Below, in pieces: positions 1-5,987 of a stretch of DNA of 11,822 nt (position 1 is its first letter; every line of letters starts with the position of its first letter). The notes under the pieces were generated by a model that was not told where the DNA came from, did not search any database, and saw only the letters and a program-made list of their open reading frames with translations. A program made the position numbers and the translations under genes. Origin of the DNA: Bdellovibrionota bacterium (lineage in GTDB: Bacteria > Bdellovibrionota_C > UBA2361 > JBGSMV01); the NCBI GenBank assembly GCA_044356455.1, contig JBIKWF010000125.1:1-11822 (forward strand), in the 5' to 3' direction.

Positions 1-149
1 TTTCGCAATTCGCTTTCTGGATTTGCGTACGAATTATGCGCCAAATCGCTCGTTGGCTCTACTTGTCAGATTGGCTAGGGGTGTTTCCCGCCGAGAATTG
101 CTAACGCTACCTGTAGCAGGACAACCTACACATCGGCGGAGCGCAGCGT

Positions 150-1664
150 CTAATTCGGTACGAGCTCCATGCTTTTTTGAGAGTGGAGCTGTATTAACGC
201 GCGTCTGATGTCCGCCAAGATCTGAGTACCATAGTCACTATTCGCAGACAGATAGCGAACCATTTCTGATGGGAACTTATAGAATCGCTCGGGGCTTTTA
301 ATGATCACGATTCGCGCAAGAGTCTCATACAGGATTCCTATGCTGAGACTCTCTTCGGGAGAGGTGGGAAGAGAGGCGCGCCTGTCCTGATAAAGAAGAT
401 CGTTGGTAGCCTTAAGGGCTCGATCCATTACTCCAGGCGACTTCACGCTCATACCTCGCGGAAGTTTATCAAGTAATAGATAAAGCGCTTCGTCCGATAC
501 CTCGGGGGCCTTGCTCACAATATCCCATGAGGCGCGAAGAACAGTCCTTGCGGCATCTTGGTAGCGCTGGGTTTGCACTTGGGCACTCAGGTCCTCGCTA
601 AAAGCCCCAAAAAGCCCAGCAAGATTTGCAGTCACCACTGCGACTTGCTTTTCGCGAGTCGCGGCGAGAGATCTCTTTTGTTCGGCTACTCGTTCTTCAT
701 ACTCTTTTTCTTGTTGGCGGCGCTTCTCTTCAGCCTCTAAACGTTGCTGCTCCTCTTTCTTCTCCTCCTCAACCTTTTGTTTAGATGCCGCTTCTTGCTC
801 TGCAGCAGCCTGGTCGCTCCGATCTTGCTCGTCACACGCACGGCAGAGTTGTTTGAGAACCTCTACATGCCCGTGTTGAATGGCTTCTAGAATCACTACA
901 TCAGAGAGGTGAGAGGGAATGGAGTCACCGAATATCTTCCCTAATGCTCTACCGAAAGCAGTTTGTTTTCGAGCGCGCAACTCGCGCGAGATTTCAGCAA
1001 AAAGAGGCGCCAAAATCCCTCCTAGCACATGCATATGCACTACGGAGTTGGTGTCTTGGTATTCTCTTGGCGCGAGAAAGCCCACGAGCGAGTTCGGCTC
1101 ACGAGCCATGGCATCCAGGAATTTAAGGAAATTCACTTTTAAATCCTTCGTGCCTCGAACTTCTACGCCATAGTCATCTACGGCTCGAGAAGCGAGAGCA
1201 GCGTCGAAGCGCACAAGTCGTGCGTGGAAATAGACGGCGCCTAAGAGCGCAAACGAACCGGCATGGAGTGGGACGACACCAGAAGGGGGGCGTGAAGAGG
1301 ATGCCCACTCAAGGAGTCTCTTCACCTCGGGAGACGCCCTCAGCAGCGAGCACAGCAGTCCTGTTTCTAGTGGATCCGCTCCAGCCTCGAGCAGATGTGC
1401 TCCTTTAATCGTCGCACGCATGTGCTGTGCTTGTGCTTCTGGTAAACCCATCTTTCCAATAAGAGTCTCGGCTTCCTGGATTATGGTTCGAAGTCCGTCT
1501 GGCAGAGAAAGAGTATCGCGCGGGGGCGTCTTAAGATCAGACCGGACATCAGAACCAGAGGCGACCTCACCAGAGGGATGGTCGACATGCGCGAGGTTCT
1601 CGTGTGCTGCCATGGCACCAGCGAGATTGGTTTGAGAGGCAGAGGAATGAGGGCCAGCTTGCAT
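150..1664 (-). CDS. Hypothetical protein A (~504 aa), paralog of 1751..3211. Disordered N-terminus, conserved helical domain, charged coiled coil, helical C-terminal domain.
   Basis: Long ORF. About 50% identity (my count 111/219, gapless) to the neighbouring ORF over the N-terminal domain supports real coding. Start moved from 1769 to the ATG at 1664 (MQAGPH...) because it parallels the paralog's start (MQVGGP...) and removes the overlap with the upstream gene. E/K/Q/R-rich segment QAAAEQEAASKQKVEEEKKEEQQRLEAEEKRRQQEKEYEERVAEQKR. Confidence 0.85.
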   Translation of the reverse strand: MQAGPHSSASQTNLAGAMAAHENLAHVDHPSGEVASGSDVRSDLKTPPRDTLSLPDGLRTIIQEAETLIGKMGLPEAQAQHMRATIKGAHLLEAGADPLETGLLCSLLRASPEVKRLLEWASSSRPPSGVVPLHAGSFALLGAVYFHARLVRFDAALASRAVDDYGVEVRGTKDLKVNFLKFLDAMAREPNSLVGFLAPREYQDTNSVVHMHVLGGILAPLFAEISRELRARKQTAFGRALGKIFGDSIPSHLSDVVILEAIQHGHVEVLKQLCRACDEQDRSDQAAAEQEAASKQKVEEEKKEEQQRLEAEEKRRQQEKEYEERVAEQKRSLAATREKQVAVVTANLAGLFGAFSEDLSAQVQTQRYQDAARTVLRASWDIVSKAPEVSDEALYLLLDKLPRGMSVKSPGVMDRALKATNDLLYQDRRASLPTSPEESLSIGILYETLARIVIIKSPERFYKFPSEMVRYLSANSDYGTQILADIRRALIQLHSQKSMELVPN

Positions 1665-1671
1665 GATAGGG

Positions 1672-1681
1672 GGATATAGCA
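1672..1681 (-). promoter_or_regulatory. Shared upstream 10-mer TGCTATATCC, a possible -10-like promoter element of gene A
   Basis: An identical 10-mer lies upstream of both paralogs (+ strand GGATATAGCA at 1672-1681 and 3231-3240). Promoter function is an inference. Confidence 0.4.
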
Positions 1682-1750
1682 CGGAAAGCCCTACCTGTAC
1701 GGACTCTCGGCCACCGCCGAAGGAACTGCAGGGGAGGCCATCTTCATGGA

Positions 1751-3211
1751 TCAAGAAGATGGGAGACAAGCTGCACAGCGCTCTTCATAGAGGCTAAGCA
1801 CTGCTCGCCTAATACAAGTTAGGAATTCCTCAGTATATACCTTTTCTTCTCCCGCGACCGAGTTCATCTGAATAAACCTTAAGAGCTCGTGGGGCAGGGC
1901 GGCGAATCTCACAGGGTCTGCCACTAACTCAACCTTGGAAAGTGCTTCCCAAAGCAACCCGAGCGAGACGTTATCCAGACTCGCCGCGAGGCCCCAACCT
2001 GTCTCGTGTTCACGCCTCTTCGCATCCTCAATTTTTTTTCGCAAAGGCAACATGGCTCCGCGGAGGAATGCAGATGAGCCGCGTGGACAGTGGTCAAGAA
2101 TGACGTAAAGGGCGGAATCACTCAGCGAACTCGCATTTTGAACTAGATCATACGCCGAAAGCACCATAGCCGTACGGTCCCCTTGAGTAACCTTGGTGGA
2201 GGAGGAATCCTTGCCCGCAACTACAAGAAAAATTCGCTCCAATGCCTTCTTTGTGGGTAGATAGCCCTGCTCCTTTGCCAAGCGATCTTGCTTCTCCCTC
2301 TCAGCAGTTTCTTGCCTTGTCTTTTTTTCCGCCTCGCTCTGAGCCTGTGCCCTCTGCTCTCGCGCCATACGTTGCCGACTTTCCTCTCCTAGGAGAGTGA
2401 CCAGATCCACATGCGAAGGGAGAACTTGCTCAAGCAATCCGATATCAGTGAGATGTGCGGGAACAGTATTCTCTGTAAGCACCGAAAGGAGGGTCCCCAG
2501 CAGGGTTCTCTTTTTGCTTCGCTGCTCGCGCGAAAGTTCAGCAAAAGGCGCGGCAAGTATTCCTCCCAAGAGGTGCATCTGGCTGCTCGTGTTAGAATCT
2601 ATTGTTTCTCGCGAGGCAAGATAACCAACCAATGAATGCTCCTCTTTGGCTAAGCCTTGAAGCATCTTGAGCATCCCAGTTTTAGGTTCTTCTCCCTTGC
2701 GATCGGGCGCTCCATATTCGTCCACCGTGCGAGACGCAAAGGCAGCGTCGAAGCGAACAAGATTGATGTGGAAATAGATGGCACCAAGCAACGCAAAAGT
2801 ACCCGCATGAAGCGGCAGCACTCCTTTGGGCGAATGCATCGTTGAGGCCCAGTCGCTTAGGCGCTTCACCTCAGGGCTCGCACGAAGCAGGGCTGCGACG
2901 AGGGCAACTTCAGAAGGATCGGCTCCCTCTTCAAGAAGCAATCCAGAGCGAATTGTGGAAAGGAGCTGCTCACGCTCCGGGGCAGGGAGGTCGAGCCGCC
3001 GAATGAGCGTAGCTGCATTTGCAACGCATGCTTGGAGAAGTTCTGGGAGGGCAAGAACTTCCCGAGTGCGAGGGCTAAGGCTCAAAGAGGCAACAGTTTC
3101 ATTTTGCGCGAGCAGGGACCCGGCAGAAGTGAGACCAATGGATCTAGGGCCAGGAGAAGAAGGCAGTGGGTCACGAGCTGAATTTGCTTGTTCTGGTCCG
3201 CCTACCTGCAT
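1751..3211 (-). CDS. Hypothetical protein B (486 aa), paralog of 150..1664
   Basis: Long ORF with a purine-rich SD-like GAGAGGGA just upstream of the ATG. Shares LLRASPEVKRL, PLHAG(S/T)FALLGA(V/I)YFH, LVRFDAAxASRxVDxYG, MHxLGGILA and SDxALYxxLDxxPRG with protein A. Confidence 0.88.
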   Translation of the reverse strand: MQVGGPEQANSARDPLPSSPGPRSIGLTSAGSLLAQNETVASLSLSPRTREVLALPELLQACVANAATLIRRLDLPAPEREQLLSTIRSGLLLEEGADPSEVALVAALLRASPEVKRLSDWASTMHSPKGVLPLHAGTFALLGAIYFHINLVRFDAAFASRTVDEYGAPDRKGEEPKTGMLKMLQGLAKEEHSLVGYLASRETIDSNTSSQMHLLGGILAAPFAELSREQRSKKRTLLGTLLSVLTENTVPAHLTDIGLLEQVLPSHVDLVTLLGEESRQRMAREQRAQAQSEAEKKTRQETAEREKQDRLAKEQGYLPTKKALERIFLVVAGKDSSSTKVTQGDRTAMVLSAYDLVQNASSLSDSALYVILDHCPRGSSAFLRGAMLPLRKKIEDAKRREHETGWGLAASLDNVSLGLLWEALSKVELVADPVRFAALPHELLRFIQMNSVAGEEKVYTEEFLTCIRRAVLSLYEERCAACLPSS

Positions 3212-3230
3212 TTCCCATCCCTCTCGCTAT

Positions 3231-3240
3231 GGATATAGCA
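3231..3240 (-). promoter_or_regulatory. Shared upstream 10-mer TGCTATATCC, a possible -10-like promoter element of gene B
   Basis: Second copy of the 10-mer, 19 nt upstream of the ATG at 3211. Confidence 0.4.
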
Positions 3241-3284
3241 AGCCTATGGAAATGTGGCGGGTCCTCCCCTCAGGTGCCCCTTGC

Positions 3285-3300
3285 CCTTGGTGCCACCCAC
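3285..3300 (+). repeat. Left inverted repeat CCTTGGTGCCACCCAC (internal palindrome GGTG-C-CACC)
   Basis: Exact reverse complement of 4582-4597; 80 nt upstream of the transposase ATG. Confidence 0.9.
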
Positions 3301-3315
3301 TTTTTTTATCCGCAC

Positions 3316-3340
3316 AGGAAACTTTCCTCCCGAAATTTCG
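3316..3340. promoter_or_regulatory. Two adjacent palindromes, AGGAAA-C-TTTCCT (3316-3328) and CGAAATTTCG (3331-3340), in the transposase leader
   Basis: Directly visible dyads sharing a GAAA(n)TTTC core. An operator or binding role is inference. Confidence 0.35.
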
Positions 3341-3380
3341 ATTACTCCAGCAGTCTTTTTATCTAGGCTTCTGGTGCTAC

Positions 3381-4376
3381 ATGCCGCGAGGACGCCGCTA
3401 TTTCGAGTCAGGAAACCTCTACGAGGTAACGTTTAGAGCAACCGAGGGGCTCCCTCTGCCTGCTCGCCCCATCATCGAGACCCTCATAAAAAGCGCACTG
3501 GCCCGCGCTCAGCGAGATCAAAAGGTTACCCTCGTTGATTTCGTGTGGATGGGTAACCATGCCCATCTCTTGGTCATAGCCTGGGACGCCAAGCAGGCGA
3601 CTGATTTTTACGCGGAGATCCAAAAGAACCTTTCAGAGTACCTCAAGCGCCTTCATGGGCTTGACCGGCTCTCACTTTGGGAAGGGAGGCCTAACGTAGC
3701 TCTCGTCCCAGACCTCAAGAGTGCCATGGCGCGAAAGGTTTACTTCTACCTTAACCCCGTGAGGGCTAACCTGGTGGATTCGGTCAGTAAGTACCCTGGC
3801 TACTCTTCCTTTAAGGGGTTCTGCTCCAAGAAGAACTCGCCCCTGCTTCGCGTCTCTGAAAGAGTTCCCTTCATCCGTCAATCTGCGGTCCCAAAGTCTC
3901 CCGTGAATGACCTGACGATTAGGCAGGAGCGTGCGCTTCTTACCAAGATGCTCAAGAGGAGCCAGAGGCACCACAGGGTAAACTTCTTTCCCAATTTGTG
4001 GGCCGCCGTCTTTGGCGTCACCGAACCTGAGGAAATTGCAGCGCTCAATGCTGAGATCATGCAGGAGGTGGAAAGCGTCGAGAAATTCATGAGGGCAGAG
4101 AGGCTAGAGAAGGGCGGTAGGGTGATGGGGCAAGAACGGCTGCTCCTACAGCCCCTCATGCAGCCGCATACTCCGAAAACCCGCTCACGAAAGGTCTTTG
4201 TCATCTGCGGGGATAAAGAGCTGCGTTTGGTGATCATTAAGGCAAAGCGAGAGATAGAGGACCTCTGCGAGCAGTGCTACCAGCGCTGGAAGCGGGGGGA
4301 TTACTCGGCAGAGTGGCCCCCCGGGACTTTTAGGCCGCCCATGCCTCCCACTGCAAATACAGTTCGATTCCAATAG
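3381..4376 (+). CDS. HUH-family Y1 tyrosine transposase-like protein (RAYT/TnpA-REP type, IS200-like fold) with a long C-terminal extension, 331 aa
   Basis: Typical N-terminus MPRGRRYFESGNLYEVTFR, HUH motif MGNHAHLLV, LWEGR block and catalytic-Tyr region YFYLNPVRANLV...YPGYSS. About 185 aa of extension ends in RWKRGDYSAEWPPGTFRPP. The supplied ORF start at 2826 is antisense to gene B and runs through the inverted repeat, so the ATG at 3381 is used. Confidence 0.9.
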   Translation: MPRGRRYFESGNLYEVTFRATEGLPLPARPIIETLIKSALARAQRDQKVTLVDFVWMGNHAHLLVIAWDAKQATDFYAEIQKNLSEYLKRLHGLDRLSLWEGRPNVALVPDLKSAMARKVYFYLNPVRANLVDSVSKYPGYSSFKGFCSKKNSPLLRVSERVPFIRQSAVPKSPVNDLTIRQERALLTKMLKRSQRHHRVNFFPNLWAAVFGVTEPEEIAALNAEIMQEVESVEKFMRAERLEKGGRVMGQERLLLQPLMQPHTPKTRSRKVFVICGDKELRLVIIKAKREIEDLCEQCYQRWKRGDYSAEWPPGTFRPPMPPTANTVRFQ

Positions 4377-4424
4377 AACCTTTGCATTTTCGCTTCTTTG
4401 AGAGCGTTGGCGCCCTCGCGTGCG

Positions 4425-4577
4425 TCAGGCTAGTTCTCCAGCAGATAGGGCAACTTTCTGTGCGTTCATCCTAAAATTTCGAGTCCGAGGTGGCTAGGTG
4501 ACCTTATCTGTTGGTAACTCCGGAGCGACATGAGGTGATGTCTTCGTATGAGATGGCTTGTCACGTCGATGGTCTGA
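4425..4577 (+). ncRNA. Candidate structured RNA (or ssDNA structure), ~153 nt three-way junction between the transposase stop and the right inverted repeat
   Basis: Hand-folded. Closing stem 4425-4431/4571-4577. 13-bp stem CCAGCAGATAGGG (4438-4450) with CCTTATCTGTTGG (4502-4514), extended by AGTT/AACT. Inner stems 4466-4473/4495-4501 and 4476-4481/4486-4491. Second arm 4526-4568. Most non-Watson-Crick positions are G-U on the + strand. Transcription is not shown. Confidence 0.5.
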
Positions 4578-4581
4578 AATG

Positions 4582-4597
4582 GTGGGTGGCACCAAGG
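4582..4597 (-). repeat. Right inverted repeat GTGGGTGGCACCAAGG
   Basis: Exact reverse complement of 3285-3300; 205 nt downstream of the transposase stop. Confidence 0.9.
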
Positions 4598-4617
4598 CCG
4601 AGGCCGAAGGCCAAGCC
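4594..4617 (+). repeat. Short degenerate tandem repeat AAGGCC-GAGGCC-GAAGGCC-AAGCC running outward from the right inverted repeat
   Basis: Directly visible. A shorter analogue reads outward from the left repeat (AAGGGC-AAGGGGC on the - strand, 3276-3288). Confidence 0.6.
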
Positions 4618-4640
4618 AGTGCTCAGCTGGTAGGCCAGGG

Positions 4641-5978
4641 CTACGGCTCAGGATTGAAGGCGGATGTTGAAGAGGGGATTGCGACGCTTGATGCGGCATT
4701 TCCAAGCTCAAAGAGGGGTCTTGGAAAGAGTCCCGTTCCCACAATAATTGCGAGCAGGATGAAGAAGGCAAAGCGTTCTCTTCTTAATAGGTCGATGTTC
4801 TCAGCCTTGGGTTCGCTCGGTCCAAAGAAAATGGCGAAAAACCAGCGCAGTACCGTAATGCCGTTGAGCGAGAGCGCAAGTAAAATCGGCAGAGCTGCCC
4901 AGACGCTTTGTTGGTAGATACCGCTCAACATGACTTCTTCGCCGATAAAAGCGCATAGCCCTGGAAATCCGACGCTTGCGAGTCCTAGCAGAAGGAATAC
5001 CGCCGCGAGGGCGGGAACTTGACGCAATAAGCCTCGCGTATCGGAAATGAATAGCGTACCGAAACGAGATTCCAAGATTTCGATTGCAAGGCCAAATCCA
5101 GCCACGGCAAGGCTTCCTGAGAACCAGAACAGCAGCACCCCTGACAATGCTTGTTGGCTCGAGGCCATCGCGAGGCCGACGCCAATCGCGCCAAGGAAGC
5201 TAAGGAGCAAATAATAGAAAGCCTTTCGAAGTTCCTTCTGCACAACCGCTAGCCATGCTCCGTAAACAACCGTGAGGCAGGCGAGATACAAGAAGGGGCC
5301 CTGTAGTGGGGAAACTCCACTGGAGAGTCTCGCTCGAAGAAACAAAGCAATACTTGGGTATGAAAGAAAATAAAGTACCGACCACTGAATCGGAAATCCG
5401 AGCACGAGGCGGCGTATCCAAAGATGAAAAGGTACGAAGCCTAGCCTTATGCTTGCGGCAAGTAGAAGAGGCAAACTTAAGGTGAACATATCTGTCCCTG
5501 TGCCGGTCGTTACACCAAGGAGCGTTAATCCCGAGCAGCTAAGAGCCAAAAGAAGAAAAATTCTTACCTCCTTGGTGCTGCCACCTTCCATCGCGCCAAG
5601 GACGCAGGGCACGAATAGAGAGGCAACGAAACTCACGAGAAATGCCGCGGTCGAGCTCGCCGTGATCACCGCAACAGAACACACTGAAAGGAGTAGTGCA
5701 CCGAGGAGGTGTCGCTGGGTCCGCTGTACTCGAGGAAGTGAGAGAAATGCCACAAGCTGAAGGCCCATGTGCGCGAGCAGAAAGGTAAGATTCAGCGGAG
5801 TCAGATCAAAGTGTGGCGCAAGAAGTGGCCAAGGGTCGCGGCCTATCTGATAGAGAGTAGCTGTCAGCACAAATTGAGACGTGCCGAGGGCAATCATCGA
5901 ACGATAGTGCGTGCGCTGCTGACTGAATGAGCGAAAGGGAACAAAGAGAAGCGGAAGAAGTAGCAACAGGAGAGTCAT
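4641..5978 (-). CDS. NuoM/MrpD-like proton-conducting membrane transporter family protein; probable second membrane subunit of the DAB/DAC inorganic carbon transporter (445 aa)
   Basis: Highly hydrophobic. NuoM-like motifs IRLGFVPFHLW, QKELRK, ESRFGT...GL and LASVGFPGLCAFIGE. Begins 9 nt after the dabB stop, with SD TAAGGA overlapping that stop. No other nuo genes are in the window. Confidence 0.85.
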   Translation of the reverse strand: MTLLLLLLPLLFVPFRSFSQQRTHYRSMIALGTSQFVLTATLYQIGRDPWPLLAPHFDLTPLNLTFLLAHMGLQLVAFLSLPRVQRTQRHLLGALLLSVCSVAVITASSTAAFLVSFVASLFVPCVLGAMEGGSTKEVRIFLLLALSCSGLTLLGVTTGTGTDMFTLSLPLLLAASIRLGFVPFHLWIRRLVLGFPIQWSVLYFLSYPSIALFLRARLSSGVSPLQGPFLYLACLTVVYGAWLAVVQKELRKAFYYLLLSFLGAIGVGLAMASSQQALSGVLLFWFSGSLAVAGFGLAIEILESRFGTLFISDTRGLLRQVPALAAVFLLLGLASVGFPGLCAFIGEEVMLSGIYQQSVWAALPILLALSLNGITVLRWFFAIFFGPSEPKAENIDLLRRERFAFFILLAIIVGTGLFPRPLFELGNAASSVAIPSSTSAFNPEP

Positions 5979-5987
5979 AATGGTTCC

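Larger units (their letters stand above)
3285..4597 (+). mobile_element. Putative HUH/Y1 (RAYT-like) element bounded by 16-bp inverted repeats, 1313 bp
   Basis: A single HUH-Y1 nuclease gene lies between perfect inverted repeats, at the junction of two unrelated minus-strand gene blocks. I see no tnpB and no clear target-site duplication. Mobility is not demonstrated. Confidence 0.6.

Noticed and set aside
1..208. Possible gene tail entering from the left edge, and hairpins at ~20-47 and 163-190 as terminators
   Set aside because: All three + frames are open for a short distance with no motif to choose between them. The hairpins are imperfect or large-looped and lack a following U-tract.
1665..1769. 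N-terminal 35 aa of the supplied 539-aa ORF
   Set aside because: It overlaps gene B's end, has no counterpart in the paralog, and contains the shared upstream motif. The ATG at 1664 is preferred.
2779..2788. Partial copy of the inverted repeat (TGGCACCAAG) inside gene B
   Set aside because: It encodes the conserved LLGAI motif, is only 10 nt, and lacks the full palindromic core; likely chance.
2826..3380. N-terminal 185 aa of the supplied 516-aa ORF as part of the transposase
   Set aside because: It is antisense to gene B and runs through the left inverted repeat and a T-tract. Family-typical sequence starts at MPRGRR (3381).
3212..4640. Classical REP/BIME array or IS605-type tnpA-tnpB element
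   Set aside because: I found no multi-copy GTAG-footed REP palindromes and no tnpB/iscB ORF; only one inverted repeat pair is present.
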